Below are positions 40,415 through 50,932 of a stretch of DNA of 64,000 bases, one piece after another. Numbering within the stretch: position 1 is the first letter of the stretch; each line of letters starts with the position of its first letter. The notes under the pieces were generated by a model. That model had not been told where the DNA came from. It worked only from the letters and a program-made list of their open reading frames with translations, and did not search any database. The DNA comes from Actinomycetota bacterium. Lineage in GTDB: Bacteria > Actinomycetota > Actinomycetes > Nanopelagicales > Nanopelagicaceae. A program made the position numbers and the translations under genes. The stretch covers positions 2,071 to 66,070 of the forward strand of contig CANLEG010000001.1 in NCBI GenBank assembly GCA_947489605.1, in the 5' to 3' direction.

Positions 40415-41872
40415 GTGAGTATTAATACTGAGCTAGATGCACGCTCCTCACTTCGTTGGTTATGGCGACAACTTACAAGCATGCGGACCGCTCTTATTTT
40501 GTTGTTGCTGTTGGGGGTGGCAGCAATTCCTGGGTCGTTATTTCCACAGCGAACTCAGAATCCACTTGCAGTCAGCGATTATTTCAAGAGCAATCCCGGC
40601 ACCGCTAAATTCTTAGATCAACTTCAAATTTTTGATGTCTACAGCTCGCCCTGGTTTAGTTCTATCTACATTCTTTTGTTTGTATCGCTTATCGGATGCG
40701 TATTGCCAAGAAGCTTTGAGCACGCAAAAGGGGCTAGAGCTAAGCCATCACTAACTCCGAAGAACTTAAATCGAATGGAGTTCCATGCCGAACTTTCTAC
40801 CGGCAGCCTCGATAGCGCAGAAGCTTGGCTTAAAAAACGCCACTTTAGGATTAGAAGAGATGCCAATTCAATTTCCGCGGAGAAAGGTTTCATGCGAGAA
40901 ACTGGAAATCTGGTGTTCCATCTCTCGCTAATTCTTATATTAGTTGGCGTTGCACTTGGCTCGCTCTTCGGAATGAAAGGCGATGCCATAATTAATGTGG
41001 GGGAAAGATTTATTAATACTCCTACTTCTTACGATGTTATTTCATTTGGAAAATTACAAACCGAAAAGAATTTAAATCCATTCTCCATAACTGCAACCAA
41101 TTTTAAAGCAACATATGATTTGGTAACAGGTGCCCCAAGTGATTACAAACTTAGCGCCAATGTGGCGAATGAAGTTGGAACAACTGAAGAATCTAAAGTT
41201 GTTAGGGTCAATTCACCTCTAACATTTGGCAGCACTAAAGTTTATTTACAAGCAAATGGGTATTCACCACTTGTGACAGTTCGCGATAAGAGCGGTGAAA
41301 TTAAATATCAAGGTGCAGTTATATTCTTGCCACAAGATGGAAATTTGACTTCCACTGGAGCAATTAAAGTTCCTGATATGCAGCCTCAAGTTGGGTTCAT
41401 CGGATCATTCACGCCAACTTATGAAAGAGCAGAAGGGGGCGGGGCAATATCTAGTTATCCGGAAGTTTTAGATCCACGATTGCTTCTTTCCATCTGGACC
41501 GGAGACCTTGGTGTGGATTCCGGCATTCCGCAATCTGTCTATCGGTTAAATACTTCAGAAATGCAGCGAATTGGTTTAAAAACTTTGAAATTAAACGAGA
41601 CTCATGATTTTGGTGACGGTTCAATCACATTCGAAGGTTGGACACCTTGGGTCAACCTGCAAATAGTTAGCGACCCAGGCAAGATATACGCATTGCTTGG
41701 CGCCATCTTTGCAATTCTTGGTTTATTAATGTCGCTCTTTACAAGGTCTCGTCGAATTTGGGTAAAAGCGGATATAAATAAATCTGGTGTTGAAGTTGCC
41801 GGGCTTGCAAAGAACGCGGCTCCGGGACTTGAAAATGAAATTGCTTCACTAGTTAAAGGGATGAAAGGATAA
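40415..41872 (+). CDS. resB: Cytochrome c biogenesis protein ResB
   Basis: LTSMRTALILL, VYSSPWF, GNLVFH, large extracytoplasmic domain. Confidence 0.93.
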   Translation: MSINTELDARSSLRWLWRQLTSMRTALILLLLLGVAAIPGSLFPQRTQNPLAVSDYFKSNPGTAKFLDQLQIFDVYSSPWFSSIYILLFVSLIGCVLPRSFEHAKGARAKPSLTPKNLNRMEFHAELSTGSLDSAEAWLKKRHFRIRRDANSISAEKGFMRETGNLVFHLSLILILVGVALGSLFGMKGDAIINVGERFINTPTSYDVISFGKLQTEKNLNPFSITATNFKATYDLVTGAPSDYKLSANVANEVGTTEESKVVRVNSPLTFGSTKVYLQANGYSPLVTVRDKSGEIKYQGAVIFLPQDGNLTSTGAIKVPDMQPQVGFIGSFTPTYERAEGGGAISSYPEVLDPRLLLSIWTGDLGVDSGIPQSVYRLNTSEMQRIGLKTLKLNETHDFGDGSITFEGWTPWVNLQIVSDPGKIYALLGAIFAILGLLMSLFTRSRRIWVKADINKSGVEVAGLAKNAAPGLENEIASLVKGMKG

Positions 41873-41876
41873 GGGC

Positions 41877-42767
41877 GTGAATTCAACCAATTACGCATTC
41901 ATATCCAATTACGCGGTTTATTCAGCGATAGTTCTATTCACAGTGGCTTTTTTCGCCCACGCAATTGAAGTTGCATTCTCACTTCGCAATTCTGGAGATA
42001 AAACTAAATTTGATTTCACTAGAACTAAACGCAGTGGTGATCTTGGAACAGTAATGATTGTTCTTGCTTTCCTTTGTTTACTGGTTGGGGTAGTTTCTCG
42101 GGGTATTTCCGCAGAGAGAGTTCCCTGGGGAAATATGTATGAGTTCTCTATTACAGGTGCTCTCGCTTTTACGGGCGCTTATATTTTTGCCCTTTGGAAA
42201 TATAAAATTAGATGGCTTGGATTACCAGTATCAATCTCGGTTCTATTGACTCTTGGAACTGCAATAACGGTTCTCTATGTTCCAAGCGCTCCACTTGTTC
42301 CAGCCTTAAAATCGGCTTGGTTAGTAATTCACGTATCTGCTGCAATTATTTCTGGCGGAGTATTTCTTCTAGCAAATTGCATCGCTGCTACATACTTAAT
42401 TTTAGATAGATACGAAGAGAACAGTGGCCGACCAGTTTGGGCGCTTAAGTTGCCTTCACTTGAAGCGTTAGATCAACTTTCATATCGTCTCGTTGCTCTG
42501 GTATTTCCGCTTTGGACATTCTCTGTTATCGCTGGTGCAATCTGGGCGGAAGCAGCATGGGGAAGATATTGGGGCTGGGATCCAAAAGAAACTTGGGCAT
42601 TTATTACCTGGGTTGCATACGCTGCATATTTACATGCACGTGTAACAGTTGGTTGGCGCGGTCGTAAAGCTGCTTGGTTATGTTTATTCGCCGGTTCAAC
42701 ATTCTTATTTAATTATGTTTATGTGAATATTTGGGGAACGGGAAAGCATACGTATAGCGGGCTTTAG
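41877..42767 (+). CDS. ccsB: Cytochrome c synthase CcsA/ResC (WWD domain)
   Basis: WAEAAWGRYWGWDPKETW, LVIHV, YLH. Confidence 0.93.
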   Translation: MNSTNYAFISNYAVYSAIVLFTVAFFAHAIEVAFSLRNSGDKTKFDFTRTKRSGDLGTVMIVLAFLCLLVGVVSRGISAERVPWGNMYEFSITGALAFTGAYIFALWKYKIRWLGLPVSISVLLTLGTAITVLYVPSAPLVPALKSAWLVIHVSAAIISGGVFLLANCIAATYLILDRYEENSGRPVWALKLPSLEALDQLSYRLVALVFPLWTFSVIAGAIWAEAAWGRYWGWDPKETWAFITWVAYAAYLHARVTVGWRGRKAAWLCLFAGSTFLFNYVYVNIWGTGKHTYSGL

Positions 42768-42770
42768 GCT

Positions 42771-43025
42771 TTAGAGCTTGCGCAAGAAATCGGGATCGTC
42801 ATCTGGTGGAATTATTTTTCCACGACCACCACGTCCAGGACCAGGATTTTTCCTTGGCTTTCCTAATACGAACCAAGCAATTGCGCCGATTGAAGAGAAA
42901 AGAAAAATAAGTAATAGCCAAGCCCATTTAGGTAATCTACGAACTTCTTCTTGTTGGCTTCTAGCACAATCAAAGAAGGCATAAAAAGAGAGGGCTAGAA
43001 CAAAGATTGTGAAGAGTAAACGCAT
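42771..43025 (-). CDS. PLDc_N domain small membrane protein
   Basis: LPKWAWLLLI, G..AWF..GKP, PDDDPDFL. Confidence 0.85.
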   Translation of the reverse strand: MRLLFTIFVLALSFYAFFDCARSQQEEVRRLPKWAWLLLIFLFSSIGAIAWFVLGKPRKNPGPGRGGRGKIIPPDDDPDFLRKL

Positions 43026-43034
43026 AAGAGAAGT

Positions 43035-43904
43035 TTAAGCCTTTGTCAGGATTAGTGCGAACGTTATCAACAGCGCAGTCAGCAATTGCAGCTCGCCCGT
43101 CTTGCTCAAGAGTGGAATAAGAGCGGGTCCTGTCAGGCCACTGGATATACCCTTGACCAAAATGTAATAGAAAGGAATCGTTACTAAGACAATCAAGGCC
43201 CAAGGTGAAATCGTTACGGCAGCGAGCGAAGCGGTGAAGGAAAGTAGCAATAATGCAATCAAGAAACTTCTAGCTCCAGAGTCACCAAGTCGGACCGCCA
43301 AAGTATTCTTACCAACTAATTCATCCTTTGGCCGATCTCGCAGGTTGTTTAAGCCGAGAATTGAACATGATAAGGCTCCCATTGGAATCGCGAGTAATAG
43401 CGATTGCCAGGTAATTTTCTGTGATTGCGCGAAATACGAACCCATCGTTGCAACTAAGCCGAAGAAGACAAATACCGAAAATTCTCCAAAACCACTGTAG
43501 CCATATGGCTTTCTTCCACCTGTGTATGTCCAACCCGCAATTATTGCGATCGCACCAATAAGTATTAGAACTGGTGAAGTTCTAATAGAGAGAATCAAGC
43601 CACAAAGCGCAGCCAGAAAATAACTAATGAAGGCAGCTCTCTTAACTTGTTGTGGAGTCTTTAAACCACTTGCAACTAAACGGACTGGTCCGACTCGGGA
43701 ATCATCTGTTCCGCGAATTCCATCGGAATAATCATTTGAATAATTAACCGCTATTTGAAGCAGTAAACCAACCCCTAGAGCAAGGAGCGCGTTTATCCAA
43801 TTGATTCCTTGACCCTCGGCCGTTACAAGTGAAGTTCCAATAAAAACGGGAGCGATTGCCGCAGCAAGTGTGCGCGGTCTTGCACCCGCAATCCAAATAT
43901 TCAT
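43035..43904 (-). CDS. menA: DHNA polyprenyltransferase
   Basis: GARPRTL, NDYSDGIRGTD, NNLRD..D..GK.TLAV. Confidence 0.96.
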   Translation of the reverse strand: MNIWIAGARPRTLAAAIAPVFIGTSLVTAEGQGINWINALLALGVGLLLQIAVNYSNDYSDGIRGTDDSRVGPVRLVASGLKTPQQVKRAAFISYFLAALCGLILSIRTSPVLILIGAIAIIAGWTYTGGRKPYGYSGFGEFSVFVFFGLVATMGSYFAQSQKITWQSLLLAIPMGALSCSILGLNNLRDRPKDELVGKNTLAVRLGDSGARSFLIALLLLSFTASLAAVTISPWALIVLVTIPFYYILVKGISSGLTGPALIPLLSKTGELQLLTALLITFALILTKA

Positions 43905-43908
43905 CTAC

Positions 43909-44922
43909 TTATCTTTGCTTATCTAGGAACAACTGGCTGGCTTTGACACGGTCTGGTTTGCCAATTCCAATTTCAGGTATTTGCTTGACTACCAGAAATT
44001 CCTTGGGAACAAATTGTTTTCCTAAACTATTTTTTAGAACTTGTGTTACTTGATCTATATCTATTTCATAATCTGAAATTAGGCAGATCTTCTGGCCCCA
44101 TTCGGCATCTGCAATTGCTGTTGCAAGAAATTTTACACAAGGAAAATTAGCAGCCAATTCAATCTCAATAGCGGTTAGTGAAACATTTTCGCCACCTGAT
44201 ATGACTACATCATCTGCCCTACCAATTATCTGTACTTCATTATCTTTAACTGTGCCAAGGTCACTAGTTAAGAACCAGCCGTCTTTAAACTTTTGATTCC
44301 AAAGTTCCTGATTATTTTCATAGCCATCAGCAAGTATTGGCCCCTTAATCATGAGCAGACCAGATTCATCAGCCTTAACCGAAACACCAGGAAGCGCCTT
44401 GTTGTTATAAACGCAGCCACCAGAAGTTTCAGTCATTCCATATGTAGTAATTACCGTTATTCCCGCTTTGGTTGCAGCTTCTAAAATTGTTTTGCTGGCA
44501 GGGCTTCCACCAACTAATACCGATTTACATTTCTGCAGATGTTCCAAAAGTTTGGCGTCACCAAACAGTGCGCGATGTAATTGAGTTGGAACGATTGCCG
44601 TGTAGTCAGCAGTCTCATTGACGCTTACAACTTCGCTTCCAAGTTTTATGGCTCGGGCTAATACATTTAATCCAGCAACATGATTTATTGGCAGCAGGAG
44701 TGACCAAATATTCCCGGGCTCTGCACCAACTTGTGCATTTGATAATTCCGCAGATTTTCCGATTACATCTGTTGAAAGCAGGACCCGCTTTCGAATTCCG
44801 GAAGATCCAGTTGTGTTCACTATGACTTGGGCCGCTTCGCCTTGATTAAATACTTCAGAAAGGGCAAGGGTCAGCGCTGGCGCCTCCCATTGGAGCCCGA
44901 TATCAATTACCGAAGTTTTCAT
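43909..44922 (-). CDS. menE: O-succinylbenzoate-CoA ligase (short form)
   Basis: [33 protein letters not shown]; men cluster context. Confidence 0.88.
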   Translation of the reverse strand: MKTSVIDIGLQWEAPALTLALSEVFNQGEAAQVIVNTTGSSGIRKRVLLSTDVIGKSAELSNAQVGAEPGNIWSLLLPINHVAGLNVLARAIKLGSEVVSVNETADYTAIVPTQLHRALFGDAKLLEHLQKCKSVLVGGSPASKTILEAATKAGITVITTYGMTETSGGCVYNNKALPGVSVKADESGLLMIKGPILADGYENNQELWNQKFKDGWFLTSDLGTVKDNEVQIIGRADDVVISGGENVSLTAIEIELAANFPCVKFLATAIADAEWGQKICLISDYEIDIDQVTQVLKNSLGKQFVPKEFLVVKQIPEIGIGKPDRVKASQLFLDKQR

Positions 44923-44961
44923 GACCCGCGTAGGCTATCTATATATTTTGTAGGAGGAAAT

Positions 44962-45840
44962 GTGAGCAAACCCTTTAAGCGCGAACCAGGTAGTCGAGCC
45001 ATTCCAAAATGGATCGTTGGAACTGGCGGCGAGGCTTTTTCGGACATAATTTATGAAGTTGCTGAAGGCATCGCGAAAATAACAATTAATCGACCTGAAG
45101 TTCGTAATGCATTTCGCCCACAGACACTCTTTGAATTACAAGAAGCTTTTTCACTTGCACGTGATGATGATTCTGTAGGAGTCATCATTTTCACCGGCGC
45201 TGGAACTGAAGCTTTCTGTTCAGGTGGGGATATAAATGTTCGCGGTGATGATGGATATTTAGGAAATGATTCACTCGCCAAAAAAGGCATTGGCCGATTA
45301 AATGTTTTAGATTTACAGATTCAAATACGTAGATTGCCAAAACCAGTTGTTGCAATGGTTGCCGGGTGGGCTGTTGGTGGCGGACATGTTTTACATGTTG
45401 TCTGCGATCTAACAATCGCTGCGGATAATGCAAAGTTTGGTCAGACCGGACCAATGGTTGGATCTTTTGATGGTGGATATGGTGCTGGTTTATTGGCTGC
45501 ACATATTGGCCAGAAGAAAGCTCGCGAGATTTGGTTCCTGTGTCGCCAATATGATGCAACAGAAGCACTCGAAATGGGCTTGGTAAATACCGTTGTACCA
45601 GTTAGCGAACTTGAAGCAGAAACTGTTTCTTGGTGCCGTGAAATGTTAAGACATTCGCCAATGGCACTTAGGTTGTTAAAGGCTGGATTAAATGCCGCAG
45701 ACGATGGACTTGCAGGAGTGCAACAACTTGCCGGTGATGCCACACTTTTGTTCTATATGACAGAAGAAGGTCAAGAAGGTCGCGATGCATTTAAAGAGAA
45801 TCGTGAACCGAACTTCAGTAAATTTCCAAAGCGCCCGTAA
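44962..45840 (+). CDS. menB: Naphthoyl-CoA synthase
   Basis: [25 protein letters not shown]; GTG 44962 follows AGGAGG. Confidence 0.97.
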   Translation: MSKPFKREPGSRAIPKWIVGTGGEAFSDIIYEVAEGIAKITINRPEVRNAFRPQTLFELQEAFSLARDDDSVGVIIFTGAGTEAFCSGGDINVRGDDGYLGNDSLAKKGIGRLNVLDLQIQIRRLPKPVVAMVAGWAVGGGHVLHVVCDLTIAADNAKFGQTGPMVGSFDGGYGAGLLAAHIGQKKAREIWFLCRQYDATEALEMGLVNTVVPVSELEAETVSWCREMLRHSPMALRLLKAGLNAADDGLAGVQQLAGDATLLFYMTEEGQEGRDAFKENREPNFSKFPKRP

Positions 45841-45846
45841 CTAAAA

Positions 45847-46836
45847 ATGTGGCACCTAGATGAGATCTTCACTGATCTAACTGTTGTTGCCATACCTACG
45901 CGCACAAATTTTCGCGGTGTAACTGTTCGTGAAGCTGCGCTATTTCGCGGACCTGCAGGTTGGAGTGAGTTCTCGCCATTTATTGAATACTCCGATGCGC
46001 AAGCAGAGCAGTGGTTATATGCAGCGCTAGAAGGCGCAAATATTCCGTGGCCAGAATTGAAACGAAGTTCTATTGGAATTAATGCAACGCTGCCAAAGGT
46101 AGAAATTGATCGCGTGCCAGAAATACTAAAGAGATTTCCCGGTGCAAAGACAGTAAAAATTAAGGTCGATGATTTTGAAAACGATTGTGAATTAGTTGAA
46201 GCAGCTCTGGACTTTAACCCAGATTTCAAAATTAGATTAGATGTTAACGGCGGTTGGAGCCTTGAAACTGCCTTGTTAAACCTTTATAACTACTATCTAC
46301 GTTTTGGCAAAGTATTTGAATACATCGAGCAACCTTGTTTAGAAATCGAAGATTTAAGGAAATTAAAAGAAGAAATTCCGATGAAGATCGCGATAGATGA
46401 ATCCATTAGAAACGCTTTAACAAGTAACTTTAGTGATGCTAAAGAATTTGCAGATATCGCAATCATTAAATGGGCGCCTTCAGGAGGTATGTCACGTGCC
46501 AATAAATTGATTGCTCAGATTGGATTACCTGCAGTTATTTCAAGTGCATTAGATACTGGAATTGGAATTTCACATGGACTTGCATTAGCGGCAAACCAGA
46601 GTGACCTAAATTTTGATTGCGGGCTTGCAACTCTCTCGCTCTTGGAAAGCGATGTGGTATTTCCGGCACTCGAAATAACTGCTGGCACTATCGCGGTGAA
46701 TCGCACCTCCCCGGATGAGAAGTTGGTAGCTAAATATCTGGCACCTGCAGACCGTAGACTTTGGTGGCAGAATCGCATTGAAAGAATTTGGGAAAATGGT
46801 TTTGGCGAAAGGTGGCAGAGTGAGCAGCGCAACTGA
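45847..46836 (+). CDS. menC: o-Succinylbenzoate synthase
   Basis: FRGVTVRE, EFSPF, KIKV, RLDVNG, YIEQP, DES. Confidence 0.93.
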   Translation: MWHLDEIFTDLTVVAIPTRTNFRGVTVREAALFRGPAGWSEFSPFIEYSDAQAEQWLYAALEGANIPWPELKRSSIGINATLPKVEIDRVPEILKRFPGAKTVKIKVDDFENDCELVEAALDFNPDFKIRLDVNGGWSLETALLNLYNYYLRFGKVFEYIEQPCLEIEDLRKLKEEIPMKIAIDESIRNALTSNFSDAKEFADIAIIKWAPSGGMSRANKLIAQIGLPAVISSALDTGIGISHGLALAANQSDLNFDCGLATLSLLESDVVFPALEITAGTIAVNRTSPDEKLVAKYLAPADRRLWWQNRIERIWENGFGERWQSEQRN

Positions 46837-48388
46837 TCTAGCCCGTCAAACTATTCGTAACTTAATCGAACTTGGCATAAGTGATTTTGTGATTTCACCA
46901 GGATCCAGAAATGCGCCACTTTCAATTGCACTTAATGAAGCTAAATCTCATGGAATTATCGAGCTACACATCAAATTGGATGAACGCGGTGCTGCGTTTT
47001 ACGCACTTGGAATTGCTAAGGCAACTGATAAACATGTTGCTGTTATCTGTACTAGCGGAACTGCGGCAGCTAATTTTCACCCGGCATTGTTAGAGGCCTG
47101 GCATGGAAGCAACAAATTAATTGCAATAACCGCTGACCGACCAGAACGGTTGCGCAAAACTGGTGCAAACCAGACAACAGATCAAGTAGGCATATTCCCA
47201 AACATTCCAGCCTTTGATTTAGTTTCTGGCGTTACCTTTGAATTAGGAAACGGTCCAACTCACTTAAATATTCAATTTGATGAGCCACTGCTCCCCAATA
47301 ACTCGAATGATTGGTTAACCGGATTAAAGATTGTTCCACCTAAGATTGAAGTTGAAAGCGCCAAATCGCTATCTGTAACCGGGAATGGTGTGATTGTTAT
47401 CGGCCATGATCACGGAACTATTTCAGTTGCGGATATCGAAAAGTTTGTAAAAGCCTCTGGGCTGCCAGTCATTGCTGAGGATCCATTAACTTTTGCGAAC
47501 TCGATTAGGCATGCCAGTGCAATGCTGAGTGATGAAGCTATTCGAAATTACCTGAAGGCAGATTTTGCAATAATTATTGGTCGCACCACGTTATCGCGCA
47601 GCATCAATAGTTACATTGCACTCGCAGCAAAAACCTATGTAGTTGACCCAAGAATTTCTACAATTGATACCAAACGAACAGCTTCTCAAGTATTTTTTGC
47701 ACTTCCTAAATTAGAAGTAACTTTGCTAAATCCAAGTTGGATTTCAGATTGGCATGAGATTTCAAAGCTCGCTGGGGTTGCAATCTCGCAGGACCAAAGT
47801 TGGAGTGAACAAAGCGCATTAACAGCAATTGCTGCTGGCGTTCCAGAAGGCTCTGCGCTTTTTGTTGGAGCATCAAGACCTATAAGAGATATCGAAGCGT
47901 TTGCTACGCCTCGCAACGGTATAAATGTTTTTGCTAATCGCGGACTAGCTGGAATTGATGGAAATCTTTCAACAATCTTCGGCATATCAAATAGCTTTGA
48001 ACGCACCTATGCGGTTATCGGGGATTTAACCTTCTTACATGATTTAACTGCTCTGCTTGCACCACCAGCAAATAATTTAACGATATTTGTAATTGATAAC
48101 AATGGTGGTGGGATTTTCTCTACATTGCCACAAGCTGGAGTAGCAGGTTTTGAGGAGATGTTTGCAACGCCACAAAATCAGGATCTTGAAAAGGTTATTG
48201 CCGCTTTTCAAATTAGTGTTTCTAAGGTCAAATCTATTTCAGATATAAATTACACATTTTCGCAGAATAAAACTGGCCTACATTTTGTGATTGTCGAAGT
48301 GCCTACCCGCCAGTCAATGGCGAACAATTTAATTGAAACCTACGCTCGTATTTCTAGCGCAGTCCGCATCGGGCTTAACTTGGCTTGA
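46820..48388 (+). CDS. menD: SEPHCHC synthase
   Basis: SPGSRNAPL, DERGAAF, CTSGTA, NRGLAGIDG, GDLTFLHD, NNGGGIF. Confidence 0.96.
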   Translation: MSSATDLARQTIRNLIELGISDFVISPGSRNAPLSIALNEAKSHGIIELHIKLDERGAAFYALGIAKATDKHVAVICTSGTAAANFHPALLEAWHGSNKLIAITADRPERLRKTGANQTTDQVGIFPNIPAFDLVSGVTFELGNGPTHLNIQFDEPLLPNNSNDWLTGLKIVPPKIEVESAKSLSVTGNGVIVIGHDHGTISVADIEKFVKASGLPVIAEDPLTFANSIRHASAMLSDEAIRNYLKADFAIIIGRTTLSRSINSYIALAAKTYVVDPRISTIDTKRTASQVFFALPKLEVTLLNPSWISDWHEISKLAGVAISQDQSWSEQSALTAIAAGVPEGSALFVGASRPIRDIEAFATPRNGINVFANRGLAGIDGNLSTIFGISNSFERTYAVIGDLTFLHDLTALLAPPANNLTIFVIDNNGGGIFSTLPQAGVAGFEEMFATPQNQDLEKVIAAFQISVSKVKSISDINYTFSQNKTGLHFVIVEVPTRQSMANNLIETYARISSAVRIGLNLA

Positions 48389-49572
48389 CTCTCTGCTAAT
48401 TCATCTTCTGGATTAGAACCAGCAACAATTCCACATCCGCTAAAGATTCGAATTGATTTTTCATCTTCAGAAAGTTCACCAGTCCGCAGCGCAATTCCAA
48501 TTTCGCCATCTCCACGTGCATCAATCCAACCAACCGGTCCGGCATATCGGCCACGATTCATCTCTTCTAATTCATTTATGACAGCACTTGCAGCCTGAGT
48601 AGGTGTGCCACAAACTGCGGCGGATGGATGCAGTGAAGAGATAAGAGTGAAGATATCGATAGGGGTTGTTGCATCATTCAAAACACCAGTTACATCAGTT
48701 GCAAGGTGCATGACATTTGCTAAGTGCAGAACAAATGGTGATTCCGGAACATTTGTGGACGAGCAGAATGGTTCTAGCGCTTGCGCCACCGAACGCACCG
48801 CATACTCGTGCTCTTCCAGATCTTTCGATGATTTTGCAAGAGATGCAGCCAGACCAAGGTCTTTCGCCTCATCACCAGATTTGCGAATAGTTCCAGCAAG
48901 AATTCTTGATGTTACGAGTGATTTATTCAATCTAACCAATAATTCTGGAGTTGCACCAATCAAGTTTGCTACAAGGAAGACCCAGGTTGATGGGTAATTC
49001 TTACTTAATGAGGTAATTAAATTTCGCTTTGAAATAACTGCAGTGCTCTTGCCAATCAAATCTCGCGCTAGAACAACTTTTTCTAGGTCGCCATTCTTAA
49101 TCTTGTTAACAGCGCTAGCGACTCGGTTTTTCCACTCTGAATCAGAGAGGGCACCAGCTTCAAAAATTACTTTGCCAATTGACTTTGTATTCCCTAGGAT
49201 TGAAATTGTTGGCTGATTTCTATCGCCAATCCAAGTAATCCAAGACTTATCTCCACGTTTTCCAATAACTAATTCCGGAATTATTAGCTTTGATTCTTCA
49301 GCTGGATCAAAGGCAAATGATGTGAAGAGTATTGGCCCAGTCCCGCTGCCATGGACAGTATTTTGGATTTTGAGAGTAGCTAGTTGTTCGTGCCACCATT
49401 TTCTGGCATCTACAAATCGGTTCTTTCCTTTTACGCTGGTGCTCTTCCATTCGCCAAAACCAATTAACCCATCGCCACCGCGCATCCAAGAAGCGGTGAG
49501 ATCTAATTCGGTTGCAATTAACTCCAGCGCTGGATGCTCACCAAGAAGTTCAGTAGTTATGTTTGTCGGCAC
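48340..49572 (-). CDS. menF: Isochorismate synthase
   Basis: KVVLAR, GATPE, EEH, LHPSAAVCGTP, RGRYAGPVG. Confidence 0.93.
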   Translation of the reverse strand: MPTNITTELLGEHPALELIATELDLTASWMRGGDGLIGFGEWKSTSVKGKNRFVDARKWWHEQLATLKIQNTVHGSGTGPILFTSFAFDPAEESKLIIPELVIGKRGDKSWITWIGDRNQPTISILGNTKSIGKVIFEAGALSDSEWKNRVASAVNKIKNGDLEKVVLARDLIGKSTAVISKRNLITSLSKNYPSTWVFLVANLIGATPELLVRLNKSLVTSRILAGTIRKSGDEAKDLGLAASLAKSSKDLEEHEYAVRSVAQALEPFCSSTNVPESPFVLHLANVMHLATDVTGVLNDATTPIDIFTLISSLHPSAAVCGTPTQAASAVINELEEMNRGRYAGPVGWIDARGDGEIGIALRTGELSEDEKSIRIFSGCGIVAGSNPEDELAESQAKLSPMRTALEIRA

Positions 49573-49592
49573 TTTTATCTAAATCTTGGTTG

Positions 49593-50177
49593 TTAACGCT
49601 TTGAAACAAATTTCCATACTGCAGGAAGCGCAGTGCTGGCAATTGCTATTTTAATTAGTTCACCTAGAACAAATGGGGTAAGTCCCTTTTCAAAAGTCCA
49701 TCGCCAATTTTCGCCAGTGTATTGATGTAGCCAAATTAAACCGAAGGTAAAAATAATTGCATTTCCGATAACCATTGTTGGGATTACTGTTCTAATTTTT
49801 TGATCCCATTTGCGTCCAGCCAATGCACCAATAACAAGGGAGGCAATCAACATTCCAACTAGATAGCCACCGGTAGCACCAACAACCTTCTCTAGGCCGC
49901 TGGAACCAGAAGCAAAAATTGGTGCTCCAGCAATTCCCATTAATAAATAAAAAGCCATAGTGCTAAATCCAAGACCAGCACCAAATGCAGTTCCGAGAAG
50001 TAATACACCAAGAGTTTGGCCAGTGAATGGAACAGGAGATCCAGGAATAGGAAAAGAAATTTGGGCCATCAAAGCAAGAAACACGGTTCCAGTAAGTATC
50101 AAAGAGATTTGAGATGCGGCCGAAGTGCGAGGAATAATCGCAGATCGAAGGGTGCTTACTTGTGAAATCTGAACCAT
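49593..50177 (-). CDS. bioY: Biotin transporter BioY
   Basis: PVPFTGQT, G..GAPIFA, TGGYLVG, PF..GELIK. Confidence 0.92.
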   Translation of the reverse strand: MVQISQVSTLRSAIIPRTSAASQISLILTGTVFLALMAQISFPIPGSPVPFTGQTLGVLLLGTAFGAGLGFSTMAFYLLMGIAGAPIFASGSSGLEKVVGATGGYLVGMLIASLVIGALAGRKWDQKIRTVIPTMVIGNAIIFTFGLIWLHQYTGENWRWTFEKGLTPFVLGELIKIAIASTALPAVWKFVSKR

Positions 50178-50239
50178 TTTGCCAACCTCGATCCCTTTTA
50201 TAATTTGTGGTCGGAGCCTAACACCACAAGAATATACGC

Positions 50240-50932
50240 GTGAGTAGAGCTGATTTAGGCAAAGAACCCGAAGAGGTTTCAGCCATGTTCGATGGCGTTG
50301 CCCGTCGATACGACTTACTAAATGACTTACTAAGCCTTGGTAGAACTAAAGCCTGGCGCAAGGTGGCAACCGAAGTTATTGCACCGAAACCAGGAATGCG
50401 CATTTTAGATATTGCGGCAGGAACCGGATCCTCAAGTCGACCACTTGCAGATGCCGGTGCAGATGTCATACCACTCGATTTTTCTAAAGGAATGTTAGAC
50501 GCCGGTCGTAAGCGACATCCAGATTTGGCATTCACACAAGGTGATGCGCTCGCACTTGCATTTAAAGATAATGAATTTGATGTAACAACTATTTCATTTG
50601 GATTACGAAATACTTCTGATACAAGTAAAGCACTACGCGAATCTTTTCGGGTTTTAAAATCTGGTGGACGAATGGTTGTTGTTGAATTTTCGCAACCTAC
50701 AAATAAAATTTTTCGGACAATTTATCTCCGTTATTTAATGCGCGCACTTCCAACGGTCGCAAGGAAAGTGTCATCTAATCCAGATGCATATGTTTATTTG
50801 GCCGAATCTATTTTGGCCTGGCCCAACCAAATTGGCCTAGCCGAATTGATGAAAGCCGCCGGTTTTGGAAGTGTCCAATGGAAAAATCTAACCTTTGGAA
50901 TAGTCGCCATTCATACGGGTGTAAAGCCGTGA
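50240..50932 (+). CDS. menG: Demethylmenaquinone methyltransferase
   Basis: MFDGVARRYDLLND, DIAAGTG, FGLRN, YLAESI. Confidence 0.95.
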   Translation: MSRADLGKEPEEVSAMFDGVARRYDLLNDLLSLGRTKAWRKVATEVIAPKPGMRILDIAAGTGSSSRPLADAGADVIPLDFSKGMLDAGRKRHPDLAFTQGDALALAFKDNEFDVTTISFGLRNTSDTSKALRESFRVLKSGGRMVVVEFSQPTNKIFRTIYLRYLMRALPTVARKVSSNPDAYVYLAESILAWPNQIGLAELMKAAGFGSVQWKNLTFGIVAIHTGVKP

